A stretch of DNA of 63,212 bases, filler included, from Reclinomonas americana ATCC 50394 (Eukaryota), in assembly GCA_048213135.1 (NCBI GenBank). It is 3 parts of 3 records of this genome, joined end to end, with 100 filler letters (N's around TTAATTAATTAA, not from the genome) between each part and the next. Parts side by side here need not be neighbours in the genome. Positions count along the whole stretch, not along the records: positions 1 to 27,026 come from PS015145.1; 2 more parts are not named here. The stretch is one strand, 5' to 3'. How positions within the stretch are numbered: the first letter of the stretch is position 1; every line of letters begins with the position of its first letter. The position numbers were made by a program, and so were the translations under genes. The notes under the pieces are model-generated. The model was given only the letters and a program-made list of their open reading frames with translations, ran no database searches and was not told the origin of the DNA. This document shows positions 10,901 to 21,596 of the stretch, one piece after another.

Positions 10901-13094
10901 ACGGAGCCGTGCGACGGTCTTGTCGTCGCCTGTTGCGTACTCTTCATCATTTCCATAAGTACCAGTCGTGGCACATCGTCTCAACGAATGTGCAGACACC
11001 ATGTCTTCGTCGAGTGACGAGCTGCTCGGGGTCGCGCTGACGAATCCGCTNNNNNNNNNNNNNNNNNNNNNNNNNNNNNNNNNNNNNNNNNNNNNNNNNN
11101 NNNNNNNNNNNNNNNNNNNNNNNNNNNNNNNNNNNNNNNNNNNNNNNNNNNNNNNNNNNNNNNNNNNNNNNNNNNNNNNNNNNNNNNNNNNNNNNNNNNN
11201 NNNNNNNNNNNNNNNNNNNNNNNNNNNNNNNNNNNNNNNNNNNNNNNNNNNNNNNNNNNNNNNNNNNNNNNNNNNNNNNNNNNNNNNNNNNNNNNNNNNN
11301 NNNNNNNNNNNNNNNNNNNNNNNNNNNNNNNNNNNNNNNNNNNNNNNNNNNNNNNNNNNNNNNNNNNNNNNNNNNNNNNNNNNNNNNNNNNNNNNNNNNN
11401 NNNNNNNNNNNNNNNNNNNNNNNNNNNNNNNNNNNNNNNNNNNNNNNNNNNNNNNNNNNNNNNNNNNNNNNNNNNNNNNNNNNNNNNNNNNNNNNNNNNN
11501 NNNNNNNNNNNNNNNNNNNNNNNNNNNNNNNNNNNNNNNNNNNNNNNNNNNNNNNNNNNNNNNNNNNNNNNNNNNNNNNNNNNNNNNNNNNNNNNNNNNN
11601 NNNNNNNNNNNNNNNNNNNNNNNNNNNNNNNNNNNNNNNNNNNNNNNNNNNNNNNNNNNNNNNNNNNNNNNNNNNNNNNNNNNNNNNNNNNNNNNNNNNN
11701 NNNNNNNNNNNNNNNNNNNNNNNNNNNNNNNNNNNNNNNNNNNNNNNNNNNNNNNNNNNNNNNNNNNNNNNNNNNNNNNNNNNNNNNNNNNGTTTTCGTC
11801 GGTGCGTTCCCTGACTCTGCAGCCCGCGCAAGCCGATCCGCAGCAGCTGCTGGTACCAGCCGGTTCGCTACCGCACTGCGAAAGCGTGCTGATTCGAGGT
11901 ACGTTGCTCATTCGCCTGCATTGCGTGGCTCCTCCCTGCGTAGTGCTCATTCGTGGTCGTGCGCGCATGCGCAGGTTGGCAACCGAATCATAAGACACTT
12001 GGCGACGTGCCGGCCAGTCACCTGTCGTTGTCGTGGCTGCGCGATCTGCCGCTGCATAAGTTGGATGTGCGAGGTTGGTATGGCTGTGCACGCACAACGT
12101 GGTTGTCTGTGTCACTCACATCCACACTCGTTTGTATGCGCAGAATGCTCGTTGACGTGGGGCATGTCGGTGGCCCTCGCCAGTGTGCTGGCCACGCATC
12201 CGACACTGCAAGTCGTGCCGTTCCTGGTAAGTCGGTCCTGCTTCGGCACTGTTCTCGCTGGCTCGAGTCGCCGCTGACGTCCGTGTTTTCTTGCCTCTCA
12301 CAGCAGCCACCTGTGCACGAGTTTTGGACACCGACGGTCCAGCGACTTCTCCTGCCTGCCGCTCAGTGCAATCCGCACATTCAACTTGATTCGCGCAGAG
12401 ACGCACAGCGACTGGAACGAGCCATGGTGACGGTCACCATGTACCAGGATGTGTTGGAAAATGTGGAGGTGGACCTGGACCTGACCATGCCGCTGCCTAC
12501 GGAACTGGTCGCGTACGAGATATTGCCGTTCCTCGGCTCGCACGCCACGCCTCTGTGGCGAGTGTGTCGTGCATTCGGCGCCGCTCTCACGTTGCGTGTT
12601 TTGTTAGTTGTTGCTTCTGAAGCCGCAGGGGATGCTCACTCCCTCTTGCACACTGCAGCATTGTTCGCGACTCGAAGAAGCTAGGCACTCAGCTTGCTCG
12701 TCAGATCCAAGCCGCCGAGAAGGTTCACAAACCACTCGGTCGAGGCAAGAAGCGCTCGGCTAGCGGCACTAATCCAGGGGAGGAGCGCGCATTGCCAGAC
12801 AACACACCGACAGAGACGACGCCGGGTGCTCGTGTCGCCAGATTTGTATCGCGTCGCCGTCCCGTATCACCACACTCTGCTGCTGCGGCACTGTCTCGGC
12901 GTGCCGCACAACTACAACACCTTCAGCAACCGACGCAACCACCGCCGCAGCAGCAGCAGGAGGCGGCGGATATGCTACCCATCTTGTTCCCTGAGTATGA
13001 CCTGGAGCCCCCAATGGACCGTCGGACGGTTGCAACAGCAGCAGCCCCCAGCGGACACGATGCAGAATTGGCATGCCCGCCAGATCACGAGTAA
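4905..13094 (+). CDS. Very large multi-exon protein with four F-box-like motifs alternating with RNI-like leucine-rich repeats (three assembly gaps inside)
   Basis: LRRs: ESLTYLDVSNNDLSEGDVITKLADVLRDNTVLQFLGLQG; IADHLRTGALTNLDLSG; QFAEALRRNRSLQSLNVSG. F-box-like: PPEALEAIWNCITQFFVWTDYTSLWSVSEWLC (about 4990-5168), LVLRHAAKYMTVDELAGFWLISRGVC (about 7970-8059), ICKHLLPWLSLGDFMRTTWRASRYMC (about 10020-10115), LPTELVAYEILPFLGSHATPLWRVCRAF (about 12490-12590); low-complexity tail to TAA at 13094. Confidence 0.6.
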
Positions 13095-13173
13095 ACCAGC
13101 TGTCCATATACTTCACACAAACACACGCACACAATCGGTACACAGGAAACAAGCAGTCTCTGCCGCCGCAGTG

Positions 13174-14775
13174 TCATTCGCGTGCACTCCGCGCGGCTGC
13201 GACCGTGGCTGCCATGGCGGCGTGTGCCGAGTGCACGATTTGGACCTTGACCTTGTCCTCGGCGGACACTGGTTCATCGTCCAGAGTAGTAACTTGAAGC
13301 ACGACGGCGAGGATCTGGCGGGGGTAGGGCGAAGAACATCAGTCGTCATCGAAACGGATGGGAAGAGAGGGGAGGGAGGGAGGGGGAGGGAGGGAGGAAG
13401 GGGAGAATAGCAGACTACCAAGGTCACTAGCGAAGAGTGCAATGCCGGAGGAGATCAATCATCAAAAGCAGTTTGGGAATGAAGTAAACTCGTGGAATGA
13501 CGAGCTCGAGAGTGAGAGTGTAAGAGGGTGATAGAAAGAGGAGGGGAGGGAGGGGAAGGGAGGGAGGAAGGGAGAATAATGCAGACTCCCAAGGTCGCAG
13601 AAATGCGAGCAGCTTCACCAGTGAAGAATACAATGCCGGAGGAGACATCAGTCATCAAAAGCAGTTTGGGAACGAACTAAACTCGTGGAATGATGAGTTC
13701 GAGAGCGAGAGTGTAAGAGGGTGATAGAAAGAGGGAGAGAGGGAGAGAGGGAGGGAGGGGAGAGGCAAAGATGGCGAGAATAATGCAGACTCCCAAGGCG
13801 CAGAAATGTGAACAGCTCGACAAGCGAAGAATACAATGCGGGAGGAGACATCAGTCATCATCGAAAGGGAAGGAGGGAGAGAGGGAGAGAGGGGAAAGGA
13901 AGAAGGAAGGGGAGAATAGCAGACTCCCATGCCACGTCCAAGCCACGTGAGTGAAGAATGCACTGCTGTCTTCATAGCAACGCACTCCCACACCCTGCTA
14001 CAAACAAACCCTCACCTTGTGTCTGGCCTGCTCAATCTCTTGAATTGGATTCTCCATCAATCTGAGCGACGACAGGTCGCGCAGGTAGCTGAGCGGCTGC
14101 AGAACGGCCGGATCGGCAAACCTAAGTAGCGGTGGTGAGTCTCGCGTCACCAGGCACTCTCTATTTTACAAGAGCGCGACACAACTTGTTGTGTGAAAAG
14201 TCAGCCGACGACAGGCACACCACGCGCTCGAGACTCTCCGCACTCGCAATCTCATTGTGCGACGCATCCAGCACCTCCAGTTGCAACAGCGACCCGATAT
14301 CTCTCGTGTGTGTGAGTGCATTGTGGCTCTGCGGGGCGCGCGGTGAGATGCGAGCTATTCAGCGGTCACTGCAACGCCACACGGCGGAGACGCAACAACG
14401 TCGAGTCTGCGCACGGAGAGGTGTCGAATGCCGGGCAACTCGGTCAACTGATTGTGCGAGACATTGAGGTCGGCCAGCGCCGTGAGAGCGTGCAGGCTCG
14501 GCAGCGTGGAGAGCGAGTTGAAGGAGAGGTCCAGTGTCTGCAAAAAGTGCAGTGTCGGCGGCACCTGCGTGATCTCGCGGATCTGGTTGTGCGCGAGAAG
14601 CGCCTGTTGGAGAGTGTCGGGCACGGCCCAGTCGCCGGGAAAGGTCTCTGCACACCAAGGCCGGAATAAGCAACGACATAAGCAGTAGAGCAGGGAGGGA
14701 GAGCCTCACCGAGTCGATTGTGAGACGCGTCAAGCACGCACAACTGGCGCAACGGCGACAAGGGCGCCAAACTGT
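13174..14775 (-). CDS. LRGUK/LRRC23-like SDS22-class LRR protein, central and C-terminal exons
   Basis: LAPLSPLRQLCVLDASHNRL; LQQALLAHNQIREI; LQTLDLSFNSLSTL; LEVLDASHNEIAS; LRR cap LRLMENPIQEIEQARHK|ILAVVLQVTTLDDEPVSAEDKVK resembling LRGUK; TGA at 13174-13176. Confidence 0.7.
13360..13930. repeat. Degenerate intronic tandem repeat, about 140-210 bp, 3-4 copies
   Basis: gggagaata(at)gcagactcccaagg...aatgccggaggaga(c)atcagtcatcaaaagcagtttgggaa recurs at about 13402, 13570, 13776 and partly at 13911. Confidence 0.85.
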
Positions 14776-15021
14776 GCGCAATCAACGTCACCACAAGAGT
14801 GCACCAAGAGACAATGTAGTCGAAACAACAATAACAACAGNNNNNNNNNNNNNNNNNNNNGTGACACAGAGAGCATGCGATGTGCAGGCCGACTCACCAT
14901 TGCTGAGCACACACACACACAAGGAATAGAAAATGCAGGGAATTTGGCGCGAAAAAAGCCGAATCGCATGACGTCATCAAGCGTTTTGTCTTTCTTTGCG
15001 CGGGAAAAATCCACACTGACG

Positions 15022-15356
15022 ATGAGTGCGTTGAGTGCGGAAGAGATGGCGGCGGTGGCGGCCGCGGCTGCTGCCATGACACACTCGAGAGTGGAAGGAG
15101 CAGGCGGCGAGGAAGAAGAGGAGGAGGAGGACGAGGACATTGATATGGTGGGCTTGTCGGAGCTGAAGTTTGACGGTGTGCGCTTTGCGTATCGACGCTA
15201 TGAGTGTGTGGTAAGTGAGAAAGAGAGAGAGAGATCATCCCATCGCACGATCACTCATTGAAATTGCGCACAGGAGAGCGGTCTGTTGCAGCTGTCGCAC
15301 CTGTCGCAGTTTGTGCACCTGCAGAGAGTGCTGGTGGCGCATAACCAGATCAGCGA
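15022..15356 (+). CDS. First two exons of the same LRGUK/LRRC23-like gene, on a mis-oriented contig
   Basis: MSALSAEEMAA...DMVGLSELKFDGVRFAYRRYECV|GTAAGT...CAG|ESGLLQLSHLSQFVHLQRVLVAHNQIS(GA)|GTTGCG; phase 2 joins the minus-strand exon to give ISDLAPLSPL; contig flanked by 20-N gaps. Confidence 0.7.
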
Positions 15357-15575
15357 GTTGCGNNNNNNNNNNNNNNNNNNNNACGCACGCTCTCTCTCCC
15401 TTGCGCGTGTGTGTCGTGCTGCGCGAGAGTGTTTGTTGTTGTGCGCGCTCCATTTCGTTCTGCTCCGCACATGTGCCCCGCGCCCACACACACGCGCGCC
15501 CCTCTCTGTCTCTCCTGCTATTCTCCGCTTGTTGTGCAGTGTTGTTGTTTGTGTGTGTTTGTGTGCATGCACGTC

Positions 15576-16408
15576 ATGGGAAGGGTTGCGAGAGTGGAGC
15601 GGGGGCACTTGTCCTTTTTCCGCATGTCACGCACTCCTTCGCTCACTCACTCACTCACGCGTGCACAGCGGCAAGCGGTGATTGCACTGGTGGTGTTGTT
15701 GGTGGTGGCGGTGGTGAGCGTGTCGGCTGAGGAGCCGCAGCTGGCGGTCTTCAAGAACCTGCAGCAGTCGTTGCGTCCTCCTAAAGAGCAGAGAGTGTGT
15801 GCGAGTGTGAGTGGAGACTGACAATGTGTCTCGCGCGCAGGTACGCTGTGCAGGGTGGTGAGGTGGTGATCAACTTCCAGATCTACAACCTGGGTGATGG
15901 GTTGCGTCTTCAATTTTTCCCTCGCTTTCTCGTCCTTGACCGCATGTTGTTGTCATGCTCACACTTGTTTCTGTGCACATTAGTGCTGCTCATGACTTCA
16001 AGCTGGAGGACACTGCGTACGAGAGCGACAACTTTGATGTCGTCTACGGCAAGCGCACGGCCTCGTTTGAGAAGATCCCGGCGTTGCGTTGCTTACAAGA
16101 GTGCTCATGAATGAGTGTTTGTGCGTGTGTGCTCACAATGCGGCCTGTGCAGTGGTTCCTCCGTGTCGCACACGCTGGTGCTGAAGCCCAAGACCACTGG
16201 CCGTTTCAACGCCGGCGCTGCCACGTACACGTACCGCGCGGGCAAGAAGACTGTCGTTGCGTGTTCGAAGGAAGATGGGATGCTTTGCCATGTGCGTATG
16301 ATTCATTGACGGTGGTGATCCTGCTCGCAGTCTGGCCAGTCAACTCAGGCTCCCCTCCTCGAGATTGTGAACCAGCGCGACCATGAGCGTCGCTCCGCCT
16401 CGTTCTAC
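15576..16408 (+). CDS. SSR2: Translocon-associated protein subunit beta (TRAP-beta), exons 1-6
   Basis: MGR|RQAVIALVVLLVVAVVSVSA-EEPQLAVFKNLQQS|YAVQGGEVVINFQIYNLGDG|AAHDFKLEDTAYESDNFDVVYGKRTASFEKIPA|GSSVSHTLVLKPKTTGRFNAGAATYTYRAGKKTV|SGQSTQAPLLEIVNQRDHERRSASFY, colinear with TRAP-beta; six GTTGCG donors. Confidence 0.93.
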
Positions 16409-17064
16409 GTTGCGTTTTTTTTTTGGTGGCTCTTCANNNNNNNNNNNNNNNNNNNNNNNNNNNNNNNNNNNNNNNNNNNNNNNNNNNNNNNNNNNNNNNN
16501 NNNNNNNNNNNNNNNNNNNNNNNNNNNNNNNNNNNNNNNNNNNNNNNNNNNNNNNNNNNNNNNNNNNNNNNNNNNNNNNNNNNNNNNNNNNNNNNNNNNN
16601 NNNNNNNNNNNNNNNNNNNNNNNNNNNNNNNNNNNNNNNNNNNNNNNNNNNNNNNNNNNNNNNNNNNNNNNNNNNNNNNNNNNNNNNNNNNNNNNNNNNN
16701 NNNNNNNNNNNNNNNNNNNNNNNNNNNNNNNNNNNNNNNNNNNNNNNNNNNNNNNNNNNNNNNNNNNNNNNNNNNNNNNNNNNNNNNNNNNNNNNNNNNN
16801 NNNNNNNNNNNNNNNNNNNNNNNNNNNNNNNNNNNNNNNNNNNNNNNNNNNNNNNNNNNNNNNNNNNNNNNNNNNNNNNNNNNNNNNNNNNNNNNNNNNN
16901 NNNNNNNNNNNNNNNNNNNNNNNNNNNNNNNNNNNNNNNNNNNNNCCCAATTCTTATGTAACGCGTCCATCTACACTCCCGTTGAGTGACTTCGTCCCAT
17001 CCAGCACACCAGCATGTGAACCAGCAGTGCAGAAAGGGCGACCAACCAACCAAAAAAAGCCACA

Positions 17065-17190
17065 TCAGTTGCTCTTCGGCTTGGACGACTTGGTGACGCG
17101 GCTGGCGATCTCCTTGGATGCCGTGAACGCCACGTAGCTCGGCAGGCCGACCACGCCAATGGTCAGGAGCAGGAAGACAGCCCACTCGAG
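17065..17190 (-). CDS. SSR2: Last exon (transmembrane helix and basic tail) of TRAP-beta, on a mis-oriented contig
   Basis: GTGCAG|LEWAVFLLLTIGVVGLPSYVAFTASKEIASRVTKSSKPKSN* matches the TRAP-beta LDWAAF...SK C-terminus; phase 0 agrees with the donor at 16409. Confidence 0.88.
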   Translation of the reverse strand, partial: LEWAVFLLLTIGVVGLPSYVAFTASKEIASRVTKSSKPKSN

Positions 17191-17479
17191 CTGCACGTCG
17201 TGCGGTAGAATCCATCAGCAAACGCCAACACNNNNNNNNNNNNNNNNNNNNNNNNNNNNNNNNNNNNNNNNNNNNNNNNNNNNNNNNNNNNNNNNNNNNN
17301 NNNNNNNNNNNNNNNNNNNNNNNNNNNNNNNNNNNNNNNNNNNNNNNNNNNNNNNNNNNNNNNNNNNNNNNNNNNNNNNNNNNNNNNNNNNNNNNNNNNN
17401 NNNNNNNNAAAGGGGGCAAAGGGGGAAGGGGGCAATGAGGGAAGGGCGAAGGCGAGAGGACCCCTCTTCAACACGGCAG

Positions 17480-17800
17480 TGTCTGACTCAGCTGACGGAG
17501 AAGATCCACTGTACAACGCGGCAACAGACGGGTTAGCTGACGGAGAAGAGCCACACTGCAACGCAACAACAACTGAGTCAGCGTATGGAGAAGAACCCCT
17601 CTGATTCAGATCCGAACTGCAAAGAGCCCCTCTGCAACGCGACATCAACTGAGTCAGCGTATGGAGAAGAACCACTCTGCGACGCGACATCTGCACTCAT
17701 AGTCTTGCTGAGAAGAACCCCTCTGCAACGCGGCAGCAACTGAGTCAGCTGATGGAGAAGAACCACTCTGCAGCGCGGCAGCTGACAGAGGAGCTCAACC
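17480..17800. repeat. Degenerate 45-bp minisatellite, about 7 units
   Basis: Unit approximately actgagtcagctgatggagaagaaccactctgcaacgcggcagca. Confidence 0.85.
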
Positions 17801-17934
17801 TGCTTCGCGACGGAAACCCTGGCTGATACAAAGACTCTGCTCCGATAGGTGAGAACTCGCGAAATGCATCCAGCTGTGCGACGTGATTGCCAAGACGGCA
17901 CACTTGAATCACTCGGCATTACACTGAGGGTTGC

Positions 17935-19484
17935 TCATGTCGGTGCGGCGGCCGTGGCGGAGAGCGACTGCACGTCGCGTGCCGTGAACACCGTCTGACA
18001 CGTGCTACACCGATCCATCTCGAAGCAAAAGACTGCACGTGGTGTCAGAGGGGGCGCGGAATCGGTAGACATGCCCACACTGCGACGCAACTCGACAAGC
18101 ACACGGAGCACACAAAGCCGACATTGATTTTCCGCTTGTGACAGAAGCAGGCAGCGCGGAAATCAACATCGCGCTCCTTGGGTAGCGCCTGGTGCGTCCG
18201 CGACTTGTTGTCGGACAGAAACACCGTCTGCAGGAGAGAGGAAGCGTGAGCGTCATGATCCAAGCAATGTGAGTGAGTGAGTGTAAAAGCGCACCAGCAG
18301 AAACTCGAGCAGATTGCCTTCGCGTGGCCTCAGGTAAATGCCGCTAGTGATGCTGGCGGCCTGTTGCAAGAAGCTCGAGTCCTCCGGACCCAGCACACAC
18401 GCGTCGACAATCACGTGCTGGTGTAGCGAGTGAGGAGGGGGGAAAGAGAGAGGAAGATAGTTCGACAGCGACGCAACATTCTTGTCGGCGCTGAAAATGG
18501 CATTCATGACTGAAATGTACTGCGACGGCACGTCGGGCGACGCCGTCAACACCAGCACGCGACACTGCGGCTTCTTGTGTGCCGTACTCAGCGCTCGGTT
18601 GACATCTGCGGCCCCTGTGTGAGCGAGCGAGGATTGAAGACAGCACACGACCGTGGAACGCAACAGCAGAGGGCACGAGAGAGCGCACACGACAGTTGAA
18701 TGCCGAGCTGCGCCGAGGCGGAGCCATCGTCGGGCAGGCGAACCCGCCCGACAAACTCGCGCACTTGCAGATGCAGGGCGGCGGGGTCGATCACCACGCC
18801 GTCGAGGTCATTGGCAAAGTGAGCGAACTCGCTGTGTCGGAGAATGAGAACAGGAGACTCAGAAGAGAAGGCACAGAAGCCAACCACGAGTGACAGCAGG
18901 CGACAGAAGAGAAACGAGATGCCCAGGTCAAAGAGATGGAGATAACAGTGGCGACTTGCACGTGATGGAGCAATCAACAAGACGGCGAGTTGAAGTGTGA
19001 ATGAGGAAGCAGATCAAAGCTGAATGTGAGAGCTCACATAGTCAGCAGTGACAGGCAGAGTAGCAATGTTCTCTCTGTGATTCACACACACAGTCTTTCC
19101 TCGTCTCTCTCCCTCTCCCTCCCTCTCTCTCTCCCCCACCCACCATCCATCAAAGTCCGTCAGCAACAGCTGCAGGTGATTGCGCGGATTCAGCAGCGCA
19201 TACGAGCGCAGAAACACCGTCACTTGTTGCAAGTACGAGTCCATGGGCAGCACAGGCCACCCAACACCACCACCACCACCACTTCTTCCACCCACTCCAC
19301 TCGCTTCATCAGTGGTCAGTGGAGGCACATGCACACCGGCCTCGCCGGCGTCGGTCTCCCAACTGGGCGCATTGACATCGAGAATGACGACAAGCAGCGA
19401 GGCATCTGTGTGTCTACAGCGATCAGCGCAGACAGAGGAGAGGGGTGGGAAAGGCGCAGACAGTGTACCGTCGTACGTGGCCAT
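17935..19484 (-). CDS. TFB4: TFIIH subunit p34/Tfb4 (vWA-like domain plus C4 zinc finger), 7 exons
   Basis: [113 protein letters not shown]...CSTC. Confidence 0.95.
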
Positions 19485-19693
19485 GGCGTTCGTGCAAGCA
19501 CAATGAAAGGGACGATCGAAGGACACAGCAACTGTGGACGTCACGTCACGTTCACTGAATTCTTCGCTTGACCTGCGGGTTGTCGCAGCGTGGCATGGCG
19601 ATCGCTTTCTTGATCGCGCAGTCGATCACTGGATCAATTGCATGCATGGCTTGGCTAGGCTTGTTCCTGGCTGTGCACGACGGTCCGTATCGC

Positions 19694-21519
19694 TCACATG
19701 TCGTCGTCGTCTGCTGCTGCAGCAGCGGCTAGCTCCTGGAGCCGGGCAACGACTCGCCGCTCTTCCGCGCACCACATCTCGTACAGGCGACGCATGACGT
19801 CGTCTGTCAGCGGTGCCTTGCAGTTGTACACCCACGGTTTCTGTGTCTGTGTGCATGCTTGGCGGTGAGCAGCAGCAACGACAACAATGATGACAACAGC
19901 AGCGGCGTGGTGCAATCGCAGTCGAGTACGCAACCACATAGTAGTGCACCACGGCGAGGTTCTCCCACGACCACACCCCGCGCTTCAGCATGTCGTCGGC
20001 GCGCGTGGGCGTGACTCCGTAAAAGTGCGGCAGGCCGAGCCACCGGCGGCCCTTGATTTTCTCCAGCACCGCCACCAACACGCCTTGTTCGCCCCATCGC
20101 ATGTACATGGGGTCGGTGGGTGATCGGAACCACTGCACAAACTCCTGGTACAGCGGCATCGACGGCTGTGCCGTGAAGATGCCCGAGTTCAAGCCGCGGT
20201 AGCTCGCACCAAATGTGTCCGACAGATCGTGCGCGAAGCTGTTGGCGGGGAAGAAGAAGAGCAGGTCCACGTGCCTCACCGGCAGCGTGTCGAGGTCGAG
20301 GTACACGATCTTGTCGTACTGCGTCAGTCGGTACAGCTCCAGCTTGTGGATGCACACGATGCAGCCTTGGAGCCTCGAGTGGTTGGTGTGGTTGCCCTCA
20401 AAGGGCCCCGTGTAGTGGAAGATCACGCCGAGCTCCCGCAGAAAGGCCCTCTCCGTCGCAGTGAACACCGGCAGCACCTTGTCTTCGATGCTCTGCGGCG
20501 AGGCCACCAGCAGTGGAATGTCGGGATAGTCGCTTGCCGCTCGCAGTGCCGAGGCAAACACAAAGAGACCGCGCTTGATGTTGTCGATGGCGGCCGCGTT
20601 GCTCGTCTCTGGAACCAGCAGATAGGTGACCCACGCAACACGACCACGCAGGTAGCTTGGGCGCTCTGTCGTCGTCGTCGTTGTCGTCGTCGTCGTTGCT
20701 GGCTGCGTCGGCAAGGGCGGTGGAGGTGGTGGCACCGGCAAGGGTGCTGGCTCAAGGACGGGAGGAACGTGCGAGTTGACAGGCTGGTGGGGAGTTGTGA
20801 GTCGCTCACTCACTCACATGGAGAAGGCGCTGCGGTGTACCTTTTCAGTCTTCGCTGGCTCCTTGAATCCCTCCGCGGCAGGTTGCTGCGCAACGTAACA
20901 ACGTGAGGGAAACGAGGCGACAAAGGGCACAGGAGTTGCAGACTCACCGGCGGATCCTCCTGCTTTGGAGCCGATCCATCGTCACTCGCCTGTCACTTGA
21001 CGGTCAGTCATACATCGCATTCTTTGCCGCACACAACCGCACCTTGCGCTGCAACAACACATGATCGTGAGCACAAGACCACCGGTAATACCACAACGAC
21101 CAATGAGTGTACCTTTTCATGATCACTATCCTGCTGCGGGCTGGACACCTCGGCCACAGTGGCAGGTGGATCCGTTGCCCCGCTCGGACGATCAGTTGTG
21201 TGCTTGTCGACGACCTATCAATCAATCATGCATCGTGAGCGATGACGGGTGCGCCGAGCGATCGGTCGCTCTCACCTCCTCTTCTTCACAGATTGTCGGT
21301 GGCGGCACTGGTGGGCACTCGCATTCCTGGGCCTCACACACGCGTCAGAGACAATCACGGCCACACACACAACATCGAACCCGTGATTACCGGACAAGAT
21401 GCACTGGCAGTGATTCTGTCGCTTGCCTGTGGCCGGTTGCTGAGCTGCACGAGCATGGCTGAGCCAAGCACCGCGGCGACGATGCACGCGATCAGAACCG
21501 TGCGGCTGTTGAGCTCCAT
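19694..21519 (-). CDS. Type II membrane glycosyltransferase, family GT8 (glycogenin-like)
   Basis: N-terminal anchor MELNSRTVLIACIVAAVLGSAMLV; Pro/Thr stem; AWVTYL, KLELYRLTQYDKIVYLDLDTL (DxD), NSGIF, GEQGVL, VVHYYV|TQKPW; internal stem exons uncertain. Confidence 0.88.
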
Positions 21520-21596
21520 GGCGACGGAGGCAGCAAGGCAGAGGACGCAGTGGCGGTGGCGGACACGACGCCCAACAACAACTTCGTTCAACAACT

